DNA from: Actinomycetota bacterium
GTDB lineage: Bacteria > Actinomycetota > Thermoleophilia > Solirubrobacterales > 70-9
Assembly: GCA_038040285.1 (NCBI GenBank)
Contig: JBBPIN010000010.1
Span: 2,293-66,292 of the forward strand
DNA: 64,000 nt
Direction: 5' to 3'
Shown in pieces: positions 54,956 to 63,202 of this stretch. Under the pieces are notes generated by a model. The model saw only the letters and a list, made by a program, of their open reading frames with translations, ran no database searches and had not been told where the DNA came from. Position 1 is the first letter of the stretch, and the number at the start of each line of letters is the position of its first letter. Position numbers and translations under genes: made by a program.

Positions 54956-56584
54956 CTATGGCGCGACACCTTCGCCGACCGGCGCTGTCACTCCTTCGTC
55001 CTCCAGCGCCGCCATCGCCGCGTTTCGCCCGTTGAGCGCGATCACCGAGCCTGCAGGGTGGGTGGCGGCGCCGCAGAGGTAGAGCCCAACGACCGGGGTG
55101 CGGTGGTCGAGGCGGCGGTCCCACATCTGATCCGGCAGCGCCTCGCCCTGGAAGATGTTGCCGCCGCTGAGGCCGATCCGCTGCTCGATGTCGGGCGGCC
55201 CGAGGACGTCGACGTGCTCGACACAGTCGTGGACGTCGGGCGCGTGGACGGCGATCGCGTCGAGGATCGCACCCCCGATCTCGTCGCGGCTCGAATCCCA
55301 ATCTCCTTCGGCGAGCTCGTAGGGCGCGTATTGCGCGAAGACGCTCATCGTGTGGTGCCCGGGGGGCGCCACCGTCGGGTCGTAGGCGGATTGAAAGTAG
55401 AGCTCGGCGAAGCCGACCCGTGGTTCGCCGCGCTGGCAGGCGTCGAACGCCTCCTGCGCCGCTTCGGGCCCGGGCGTGATCGTGACCATCGCGCGGTGCG
55501 GCTCGACGGCGCCGGCGGCGGTGAAGGTCGGCAGCCGGGCCAGGGCGACGTTCAGCTTTACGACCGGCGAGCGCACCTGCCAACCTTCGAGCCGTTCGCG
55601 GAAGCCGCCCGGCAGATCGGCGGACCCGAGCATCGCCAGGGTCCGCTTCGGGTCGGCGTTGGAGATCACGGTGGCGCTGCGAACCAGCTCGCCGCTCTCC
55701 AACTCGACGCCCTCGCCGGGAATGATGCGAGCGACCGGGACGCCCGCGGCAAGCACTGCGCCGGCCTTCTGCGCCGCCTGCGCGATCGCAAACGAGATCC
55801 TCCCCATGCCGCCCTCCACGTAGCCCCAGATCGATCCCTGACCGAGCAGGTCGCCCTGGTGGTGCATCAGCTTCACCGAGGCTGTGCCGGGATCCCGCGG
55901 ACCCGCGAAGGCGCCGATGATGCCCTGGCCGAACAGGGCGTGCACCAGGCGCTCGTCCTCGACGTAGCGCTCCAGCGTCTCGAGGATCGACTCCTCGAAG
56001 ACGACCGAGATCAGCTCCTCCTCGCCGCCCAGGGCCTCCTCCAGCTCGGCGCGACTTGGCGAGGAGCCGAGCCAGGTGTCGCCACGCGTTCCGTGGCGCA
56101 GCGCGAGCCGGATCCTGTTGAAGAGCTCCTCGTAGGCGAACAGGCCGGTGAGGTCGGACTCCGAGAAGCCGTTCTCGCGCATGTGGGCGGCGGTCCTGCC
56201 GTCGTCGATGAACTCGGCGAAGGAGGTGCCGTCGGCGAACGGGCACCAGAGGTTGGGGTCGGCGGGGAACACACGGTAGCCGTGACTGGCCAGATCAAGC
56301 TCCCGCACCACGAGGTCGTCCAGCAGCCCAACCACGTAGGCGCAGGGGCTGACCAGGTAGCGGTCGTCGGGGAACGGCTGCTCGAGGGTGCAGGCCCCAC
56401 CGAGCTGCTCGCGGCGCTCCAGCACCAACACCCGCTGCCCTGCGTGCGCCAGGTATGCGGCGGCTGTAAGCCCATTGTGCCCTCCACCGACCACGATCGC
56501 GTCCCAGTCGCGCGCCGCAAGCTCGGAGACCGGGGCCGGGAGACCGACCTTGCCCATCACCGCGTTGACATCGACCGGGCCCAT
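54956..56584 (-). CDS. Phytoene desaturase-family (CrtI-like) NAD(P)/FAD-dependent oxidoreductase
   Basis: 542 aa. N-terminal WDAIVVGGGHNGLTAAAYLAHAGQRVLVLE dinucleotide fold and C-terminal GAATHPAGSV. Confidence 0.82.
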   Translation of the reverse strand: MGPVDVNAVMGKVGLPAPVSELAARDWDAIVVGGGHNGLTAAAYLAHAGQRVLVLERREQLGGACTLEQPFPDDRYLVSPCAYVVGLLDDLVVRELDLASHGYRVFPADPNLWCPFADGTSFAEFIDDGRTAAHMRENGFSESDLTGLFAYEELFNRIRLALRHGTRGDTWLGSSPSRAELEEALGGEEELISVVFEESILETLERYVEDERLVHALFGQGIIGAFAGPRDPGTASVKLMHHQGDLLGQGSIWGYVEGGMGRISFAIAQAAQKAGAVLAAGVPVARIIPGEGVELESGELVRSATVISNADPKRTLAMLGSADLPGGFRERLEGWQVRSPVVKLNVALARLPTFTAAGAVEPHRAMVTITPGPEAAQEAFDACQRGEPRVGFAELYFQSAYDPTVAPPGHHTMSVFAQYAPYELAEGDWDSSRDEIGGAILDAIAVHAPDVHDCVEHVDVLGPPDIEQRIGLSGGNIFQGEALPDQMWDRRLDHRTPVVGLYLCGAATHPAGSVIALNGRNAAMAALEDEGVTAPVGEGVAP

Positions 56585-56597
56585 CGGCCGTTCCAGC

Positions 56598-56903
56598 CTA
56601 ACGCGCCGCTGCAGATCCGCTCAGCGCCGCGACGTCGACCCAGGCGGCGGTCATATCGACGCGTCCATCGCGCAGCGGCGCGCCCTCGCACTGCAGCAGG
56701 CGCCGCTGCCGCGCACCCTTGGCCAGAGACCCGTCGGCGCGGACCACGCGCTGCCAGGGGACGCTTGGGTCCTCGCAGGCGGCCAGCACGGCGCCGGCGA
56801 ACCCCGGCGCTTCCGGACATAGGTCGCCGTAGGTGGTGACGAACCCGGCCGGAACCGATCTGATCCTGCGAAGGATCTCCTGAGCGCGGGGGGAGTCAAC
56901 CAC
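56598..56903 (-). CDS. Alkyltransferase-like (ATL) protein, MGMT DNA-binding domain without the catalytic Cys
   Basis: GFVTTYGDL helix-turn-helix region. PWQRVV occupies the place of the MGMT PCHRV motif (ATL proteins have PWHRV). GTG 56903 gives about 101 aa, and the longer track ORF overlaps the upstream gene. Confidence 0.72.
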   Translation of the reverse strand: MVDSPRAQEILRRIRSVPAGFVTTYGDLCPEAPGFAGAVLAACEDPSVPWQRVVRADGSLAKGARQRRLLQCEGAPLRDGRVDMTAAWVDVAALSGSAAAR

Positions 56904-56935
56904 GCGCCTAGTATCACCCGCTCGGCCAGGGGCGA

Positions 56936-57285
56936 TCAGCCTTCGCGGATGTCCATGCGTGAAATCAGGCCGTCGCGCAGCGTGTAGACGTGCTGGACGT
57001 CCTGCTCGGAGATCGGCTCTCTCCATCCAGGTCGCGGACGACCTGGCGAACGTCGACGACGACGCGTCCTTCGTCATCGGGCGAGAACCCCGTCGGCTCG
57101 ACGTGTGAGTCGATGAGGCCGAACTGCCGCGTCCAGTACTCCTTCACCGCGGCGTGGCCGTGTTCGCGGCGGCCCTCCATGGCGTTGGGCCAGTCGACGT
57201 CGGGATGCATCAACGCGAGAACGGCGTCGACGTCGCGAGCGTTGAACGCCGCGTAGGCCTGCCGCAACAGCTCTTCCTCGTCCAC
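56936..57285 (-). pseudogene. SnoaL-like / NTF2-fold protein with a 1-nt frameshift near its 3' end
   Basis: Frame 1 reads from GTG 57285 (VDEEELLRQAYAAFNARDVDAVLALMHPDVDWPN...VVRDLDGE). The plausible C-terminus PISEQDVQHVYTLRDGLISRMDIREG-stop continues in another frame to 56936. Total length is 350 nt, so adding 1 nt would give 117 codons. Confidence 0.65.
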
Positions 57286-57391
57286 GTACGGACTTCTACC
57301 GGCCGCTGGACCAGACTGAGCCTCGACAATGATCGCAATCGTGCAGGTGGACCGTCGCGGGGGCCGAATCCGCTCCTCTACCCTGCCCCGA

Positions 57392-58315
57392 ATGCGAATC
57401 GACGAGATCATCGCCTCGACGAAGCCCTGCTTTTCCGTCGAGTTCTTCCCGCCCAAGACCGAAGAGGGCCGCGATCAGCTGCTCGACACCGCCCGTCAGC
57501 TGGCCGAGCTGGAGCCGGCGTTCGTCTCGGTGACCTACGGGGCGGGGGGCTCGACCCGCGACGGGACTGTCGAGATCTCCAACCTGCTGCACAACGAGAT
57601 CGGCCTGGAGACGATGACCCACCTGAGCTGCGTCGGCGAGACGGCTGACGGTCTGCGCGAGGTCCTCGACCGCATCGAGGCGGACGGGATCGACAACGTG
57701 CTGGCGCTGCGGGGCGACCCGCCCCGTGGCGAGACCGACTTCGTCCAGCCCGAGGGCGGGCTCGGGAGCGCCGCGGAGCTGACCGAATTCATCTCCGAGA
57801 ACTACTCCTTTGCGATCGGCGGCGCCTGCTTTCCCGAGGTGCATCCCGAGGCCCCCAGCCTGGATGCCGACCTCGCCTACCTGAAGACCAAGGTCGACAA
57901 CGGGGCGACCTTCCTTATCACCCAGCTTTTCTTCGACAACCAGGTCTATTTCGACTTCGTCGCCGCCGCTCGCGCGAAGGGGATCGACGTCCCGATCCTC
58001 GCCGGCGTGATCCCGATCGCAAGCTACAAACAGACGGAGAAGATCTGCGACCTATGCGACGCGACCATTCCCCAGCCGCTGGCCGACGCGATGGCGGCGC
58101 TGGGAGGCGACGAGCGCGCCGAGTTCGAGCTCGGCGTCGCCTTCGCCGCGCAGCAGTGCACCGAGCTGCTGCTCGGCGGTGCGCCTGGAATCCATTTCTA
58201 CGCCCTCAACAAGGCGCCGGCGACTCGCGCAGTGCTCTCTGCCCTGCGCGCCGCTCGACCCTGGGAGCACAGCGGCCGCGAGGCGACCGGCACGCCGGCC
58301 GACGCGGTCCGCTAG
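57392..58315 (+). CDS. metF: Methylenetetrahydrofolate reductase
   Basis: FSVEFFPPKT, VSVTYGAGGSTR and LRGDPP motifs. The internal ATG 57392 is preferred. Confidence 0.92.
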   Translation: MRIDEIIASTKPCFSVEFFPPKTEEGRDQLLDTARQLAELEPAFVSVTYGAGGSTRDGTVEISNLLHNEIGLETMTHLSCVGETADGLREVLDRIEADGIDNVLALRGDPPRGETDFVQPEGGLGSAAELTEFISENYSFAIGGACFPEVHPEAPSLDADLAYLKTKVDNGATFLITQLFFDNQVYFDFVAAARAKGIDVPILAGVIPIASYKQTEKICDLCDATIPQPLADAMAALGGDERAEFELGVAFAAQQCTELLLGGAPGIHFYALNKAPATRAVLSALRAARPWEHSGREATGTPADAVR

Positions 58316-58349
58316 GCGGCGCACCGGCTCATCTAGACTGGCGCGTTCG

Positions 58350-59192
58350 ATGGGCGAGTTCACCTACGAGGGCTACCGCCTCTCCTATGACGAGTACGGG
58401 GCCGGCGACCGGCCGATCGTGCTGATCCACGGCCTGCTGATGAACCGGCACATGTTCGAGCGGCTGGGGCCGATGCTGGCCGAGCGCGGCAATCGCGTGA
58501 TCGCGCCGGACCTGCTCGGACACGGGCGCTCCGACCGCCCCGAGGACCTGCAGCGCTACTCGATGCCGTTGTTCGCCTACCAGGTGACCGCATTGCTCGA
58601 CCACCTGGGAATCGAATCGGCGGTGATCGGCGGCACCTCGCTGGGCGCAAACGTCAGCCTCGAGGCGGCTGTGCGCTTCCCGGAGCGCGTGCAGGCGCTG
58701 TTCATCGAGATGCCGGTACTCGACAACGCCCTCTCGGCGGTGGCGGCGATATTCGCGCCGATCATGATCGCTCTGCGCTTCGGCCGCCCCGTCTTCGAGG
58801 CCGTGTCTCGGGCCGCCGCGATGCTGCCGCGCTCCCACTTCATCGTCGACATCGGGCTCGACATGGTCCGCCAGCGCCCCGGGCCCTCGGTCTCGGTGCT
58901 GGAGGGCCTGCTGTTGGGGGAGAGCTCGCCGCGCAGCGCCGAGCGGCGCGGAATCGAGCAGCCGGCGCTGATCGTCGGGCACCCAAACGATCCCCTGCAC
59001 CCGTTCGGCGACGCAGGAATGCTGGCCGGGGAGCTGGCCAACGCGCGCCAGATCGACGCCGATTCGATCTTCGAGTGGCGACTGAAGCCTGGCCGTCTGA
59101 ACACTGAGTTGGCCGACTTCCTGGACGACGTCTGGTCGCAGGTCGAGGAGGAGCGCAGGCCCGAGCGCAAGGCGCGGATGGCTGGGGCGTAG
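58350..59192 (+). CDS. Alpha/beta hydrolase fold protein
   Basis: HGLLMN oxyanion region and GTSLGA nucleophile elbow (GxSxG), with a C-terminal His region. ATG 58350. Confidence 0.8.
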   Translation: MGEFTYEGYRLSYDEYGAGDRPIVLIHGLLMNRHMFERLGPMLAERGNRVIAPDLLGHGRSDRPEDLQRYSMPLFAYQVTALLDHLGIESAVIGGTSLGANVSLEAAVRFPERVQALFIEMPVLDNALSAVAAIFAPIMIALRFGRPVFEAVSRAAAMLPRSHFIVDIGLDMVRQRPGPSVSVLEGLLLGESSPRSAERRGIEQPALIVGHPNDPLHPFGDAGMLAGELANARQIDADSIFEWRLKPGRLNTELADFLDDVWSQVEEERRPERKARMAGA

Positions 59193-59194
59193 GC

Positions 59195-59977
59195 ATGGCG
59201 GACCGGCGGGAAGAGAAGGAGCGGCTGCGACAGATCCGCGAGGAGGCGGAGAAGCGCGAGACCGCCGAGCAGCGGCGCAAGCTCTTCATCGGGTACGGGG
59301 TGGCGGGGGTGCTGACCGCGGCGGTCGTGCTCGGGATCGTGATCGTCGTCATTGGCAGCAGCGGCGGCGGGGGCGCGAGCGGGGGCGCGCATATCAACGC
59401 CACCAGCGGCTCGACCAACGGCGTTCCTCCCGACGATCGCACGGGCACCCCACCTCCGCCGGTCAAGGTTTCGAACCTCAAGCTGGCGGCGAAGAAGGCC
59501 GGCTGCGTGTTGCGCCTCGGCCTTCCCGACGAGGGGCACACGCACATCCCGCCTGACTCTCCCAACCCCGACTACAAGACCAATCCCCCGACCTCGGGAA
59601 CCCACGTCGATGTCCCCTTCCAGCAGGCCGACGGTGCCTACCTCGAGGAGCCCAAGGAGATTTTCTTCGTCCATTCGCTGGAGCACGGGCGGATGGAGAT
59701 CCAGTACAGCCCGAAGCTCGCCGAGCGCGATCAGCTGGCGTTGCGTGGCCTCTACGACACGCTCTACGGCGGCACGCTGCTGTTCCCTAACAAGCAGATG
59801 CCCTACAAGGTGGCCGCGACCACCTGGACCAACCTGATCGGGTGCAAGACCTACAAGGGCCCGATCACGCTCGACGCGGTCCGCGATTTCGGCAAGACCA
59901 CGTGGGGGCGGTTCGGCAGCGAGCCGGTGGCCGCCTTCCCGTTCACCGGCCCGACCCCGGCGACGCCGAGTGGCTAG
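59195..59977 (+). CDS. DUF3105 domain membrane-anchored protein
   Basis: A charged N-terminus and one TM segment, then YKTNPPTSGTH ... VHSLEHGRMEIQY, as is typical of DUF3105. Confidence 0.7.
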   Translation: MADRREEKERLRQIREEAEKRETAEQRRKLFIGYGVAGVLTAAVVLGIVIVVIGSSGGGGASGGAHINATSGSTNGVPPDDRTGTPPPPVKVSNLKLAAKKAGCVLRLGLPDEGHTHIPPDSPNPDYKTNPPTSGTHVDVPFQQADGAYLEEPKEIFFVHSLEHGRMEIQYSPKLAERDQLALRGLYDTLYGGTLLFPNKQMPYKVAATTWTNLIGCKTYKGPITLDAVRDFGKTTWGRFGSEPVAAFPFTGPTPATPSG

Positions 59978-59998
59978 CCGGCCGATCGAGCTACCCCG

Positions 59999-60943
59999 CT
60001 AGCTCGAAGCAGGGGGGGCCCGGTAGGCGGGAAAGAACCCCCCGGAGTCGCGCCCGGTGCTGAGCCGCCGGTAGGCGTCGCCGTCGCAGACGATCTCCGA
60101 CATGTGGAAGGGCTCGGTGCGGTTGGCGAAGCCGCGCTTGAACTCCTCCAGGGGATCTCCGGGCCTGATCCCACCGCCGAGGTTGAGCGGCAGACCCGAG
60201 TCCTCGGCGAAGTCCACGATCGCCGCGACCACGTTCTTCATCGGCGAGTCGGCGAGGAACCGGTCGGCGCTGCCGCTGAGGTAGTAATGGAGCATCCCGT
60301 CGCTGCGCGCTGCGATCGAGCCCGCCGCCACCTCCCCGCCCGGCTCCAGCGCCAGGAACACCGAGCAGCCTTCGAAGGCGAGGATCCCGGCGAAGTACTC
60401 GTCACCGAAGAAGTAGCGGCCCTCGGCTCCAGCCCGCTGCATCGTCTGCTCATAGGCGGCCAGGAAGCCGGTACGGTCGGCGTCCGAGGCCGCCGGGCCC
60501 GAAACGCAGCGAACCTCATAGCCACGCTCGGCGTTGCGCCGGATCTGCTGGCGATCGCTTGGGCGACTCTTTCGAGGCAGCGCCGGATCGGCGATCTGAA
60601 CCTGGTTTCGGACGGTCGCGCCGCTCAGCGGCGGCTCGCCGCCGAGGCGGTGACGCAGAAAGAGGCTGACCAGGCCGGCCCCGGACCAGTCGACCTGATC
60701 CGGGTCGAGCCTGGAGCCCTGCTGCGCCTCGATCCCCGGATAGCCATAGGGCGAAGTCGCATCCAGCGCGTCCGCGGCGTCGATCTCGCGCACGACGAGG
60801 GGGGCCAGCATCTGGCTCCCCTCGCGCGAGATCCGCAGTGTGTGGGTGACCCCTTCGGCTGCCATGAACTCGGCCGAGCGAAAGAAGTCCGGGCCGGCCA
60901 CGGCACCGCCGCCGTCCTCGAGCAAATCGGCCGTGGCGCTCAC
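59999..60943 (-). CDS. FemAB-like / GNAT-fold acyltransferase (peptide- or aminoacyl-transfer family)
   Basis: 314 aa. The C-terminal half (MLHYYLSGSADRFLADSPMKNV ... EFKRGFAN) resembles FemAB/BioF2-like acetyltransferase domains. 4-nt overlap with the upstream GNAT gene. Confidence 0.6.
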   Translation of the reverse strand: MSATADLLEDGGGAVAGPDFFRSAEFMAAEGVTHTLRISREGSQMLAPLVVREIDAADALDATSPYGYPGIEAQQGSRLDPDQVDWSGAGLVSLFLRHRLGGEPPLSGATVRNQVQIADPALPRKSRPSDRQQIRRNAERGYEVRCVSGPAASDADRTGFLAAYEQTMQRAGAEGRYFFGDEYFAGILAFEGCSVFLALEPGGEVAAGSIAARSDGMLHYYLSGSADRFLADSPMKNVVAAIVDFAEDSGLPLNLGGGIRPGDPLEEFKRGFANRTEPFHMSEIVCDGDAYRRLSTGRDSGGFFPAYRAPPASS

Positions 60944-61482
60944 TCGAGGTCGGCAGCCGCGGCGCGGAACTCGTCCGGAAGGACGCCCCAGACTTCGCAG
61001 TCGGCCAGCTCGCCGTCACGGGACAGGTGGCCCCGCATCGTTCCCTCGTGGCTCCAGCCGAGGCTGGCGACCACGCACTTGGCGGCCTCGTTATCGGCGG
61101 GGATCCGTCCGTAGACGCGATGGGCACCGAAATCGTCGAAGGCCTTGGCGATCGTCAACGCCTCGGCCCGCCGCCCCACCCCCTTGCCGCGCACGTCGTC
61201 GCCGATCAACGCCCCCAGCTCAGGCGCCGTCTGGCGAAACAGCCCGTACAGGGCCGTGAAACCCACCGGCCCCTCATGCCCCTCGACCATGATCGCGAAC
61301 TTGCGGTCCTCGCCCGAGTCGTCCATCGCCCGTTCGACCCACCGTTCGGCGTCCTGCTCGGAGAAGCCGGAGCGCTGCTCCATCAGCGTTGCGGTCGCGT
61401 CGCGGTTGTTGAACCAGCGGTGCACCGCGGCTGCATCGCCGGGCTCAAACCCGCGCAGCCAGACCTTGGGGGCGTCGCTCAT
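60940..61482 (-). CDS. GNAT family N-acetyltransferase (RimJ/RimL-like)
   Basis: 180 aa. Acetyl-CoA-binding motif RGKGVGRRAE and the conserved NEAAKCVVASLGWSHEG. Confidence 0.8.
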   Translation of the reverse strand: MSDAPKVWLRGFEPGDAAAVHRWFNNRDATATLMEQRSGFSEQDAERWVERAMDDSGEDRKFAIMVEGHEGPVGFTALYGLFRQTAPELGALIGDDVRGKGVGRRAEALTIAKAFDDFGAHRVYGRIPADNEAAKCVVASLGWSHEGTMRGHLSRDGELADCEVWGVLPDEFRAAAADLE

Positions 61483-61507
61483 CGAGTCGGAACGATATGC
61501 GCGGGCT

Positions 61508-62071
61508 CTAGTCAGGCGCCAGCCCGTGGCCGGTGATCAGCAATACGAAGGTCCTGCCAAGGATCCGCAGGTCGAGGGCCAGCGAGCGGTGGTCGACGTA
61601 CCAGACGTCGAGCTCGATCCGTTCCTCCCAGGGGATCCCGGCACGGCCCTGGACCTGCGCCCAGCCGGTGATTCCCGGCTTCACCTCGAGCCGGCGGCGC
61701 TGCTGCGGCGTGTAGTCGGCGACCTGAGCCTCGATCGTCGGGCGCGGTCCGACGATCGACATCTCTCCCCGCAAGACGTTGATCAGGTTGGGGATCTCGT
61801 CGAGCGAGAAGCGCCGCAGCAAGCGCCCGATGCGGGTCACCCGCGGGTCGTCACGGGTGACGACGGTCCCAACCCCGACCGGGTCAGAGCCCTCGACCAT
61901 CGTGCGCAGCTTCAGCATCTCGAAGACCCGTCCGTCCTGGCCGACCCGGCGCTGACGGTAGATCGCCGAGCCGCGGCTGTCGAGGCGGATCGCGACCACT
62001 GCCACGGCGAGAAACGGCGCGCTGAGCAGCAGCGCGATCGAGGCGACGAAGACGTCCAAGACCCTGGTCAA
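61508..62071 (-). CDS. Polyprenyl-phosphate sugar phosphotransferase (bacterial sugar transferase family)
   Basis: One N-terminal TM segment, then FEMLKLRTM and DEIPNLINVLRGEMSIVGPRP motifs. Confidence 0.88.
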   Translation of the reverse strand: MTRVLDVFVASIALLLSAPFLAVAVVAIRLDSRGSAIYRQRRVGQDGRVFEMLKLRTMVEGSDPVGVGTVVTRDDPRVTRIGRLLRRFSLDEIPNLINVLRGEMSIVGPRPTIEAQVADYTPQQRRRLEVKPGITGWAQVQGRAGIPWEERIELDVWYVDHRSLALDLRILGRTFVLLITGHGLAPD

Positions 62072-63195
62072 CGCGTTCCCGCCGCCTTCTCCCAGGTGCC
62101 CGGACTGCCGCGCCGCGCCCGGTCCCAGAGTCCCGCGGCGATCGAAGCCGTGGTGAGCACGTAGTAGCGCGCCATCCGCAGCGGGGCCAGCGGAAGGAAA
62201 CGCCCCAGCCAGGCGGCGAGCAGGATCGCCGCCTGTGCTGCGAGGGTGACCGCGTAGACCCAGCCGTGGCCGAGCAGGGCGATGTTGGCGGCAAGCGCAA
62301 CCAGGTGCAGCAGCGGGGTCAGATAGCGAATCAGCCGGTGCGAGGCGATCTGAAACGCGAACAGGGGACGGTATCCGCGCGGCGAGACCATCCCTTCTCG
62401 CACGACGATGTCCCAGAGGCCAACCATCATCCGCCGCTTGCGGGCGAACTCACCCTCCAGGGTGGGGACCATCCGCTCCTCGGCCACCGCCCACGGCGCG
62501 TACAGCGCCCGCATCCCGCGCTTCGCCAGCTCGAAGGGAAGCGAGAGGTCGTGGCTGGCGCTCGCCGGCAGCGGCATGTAGGCGTCGCTTCGCACCGCGT
62601 ATATCCCCCCGTTACCGGCCGTCACCCCGCCGAGGCCGGACTCCAGCTCGCGGACCGCCATCTCGTAACGCCAATAGAGCCCCTCCTGGTTGTCGCCCTC
62701 GCTGTCGGTGAATTGAACCTGGCCGCAGACGTAGCCGACTGCCGGGTCCGCGAACGGCTCCACGAGACGCAGCAGGGCGTCGCTGCGCCAGAAGCTGTTG
62801 GCATCGGAGAAGGCGAGAACCTCGCCTGAGGCCCGCTCGGCGGCGGCGTCCTGGGCGGCGATCTTGCCGCCCCGCGGCAGGTCGAGGACGAGGTCGGCGC
62901 CCGCCCCGCGCGCCGCGTCGACGGTGGCGTCGGAGGAACCGTCGGAGGCGACGATCAATTGCAGCCGCTCGCGCGGATAGTCGAGCGCCAGCGCGTTCTC
63001 GACCCTCGCAGCGATCACCTCCGCCTCGTCGTAGGCGGCGACGATCAGCGAGACGGGGGGCAGCGCTTGAAGCGGGCGTGGGTGGTCCAGCGTCGGCCGC
63101 CGCCGCAGCTTCGCGAGCACCCACAGGGCCAGCGGGTAGCCCGCGTGCGTGTAGGCGATCAGCCCGGCCGAGGTCCAGAAGACTGCTTCGAGCAC
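62068..63195 (-). CDS. Membrane glycosyltransferase family 2
   Basis: VSLIVAAYDEAEVI and SDGSSD (DxD-like) motifs, with C-terminal TM segments. 4-nt overlap with the sugar transferase gene. Confidence 0.82.
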   Translation of the reverse strand: MLEAVFWTSAGLIAYTHAGYPLALWVLAKLRRRPTLDHPRPLQALPPVSLIVAAYDEAEVIAARVENALALDYPRERLQLIVASDGSSDATVDAARGAGADLVLDLPRGGKIAAQDAAAERASGEVLAFSDANSFWRSDALLRLVEPFADPAVGYVCGQVQFTDSEGDNQEGLYWRYEMAVRELESGLGGVTAGNGGIYAVRSDAYMPLPASASHDLSLPFELAKRGMRALYAPWAVAEERMVPTLEGEFARKRRMMVGLWDIVVREGMVSPRGYRPLFAFQIASHRLIRYLTPLLHLVALAANIALLGHGWVYAVTLAAQAAILLAAWLGRFLPLAPLRMARYYVLTTASIAAGLWDRARRGSPGTWEKAAGTR

Positions 63196-63202
63196 GGCCC
63201 GA

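Noticed and set aside
57286-57391. A SAM-type riboswitch upstream of metF.
   Set aside because: No S-box or SAM-IV-like conserved core is visible in the 106-nt leader. The region is short and is shared with a divergent gene.
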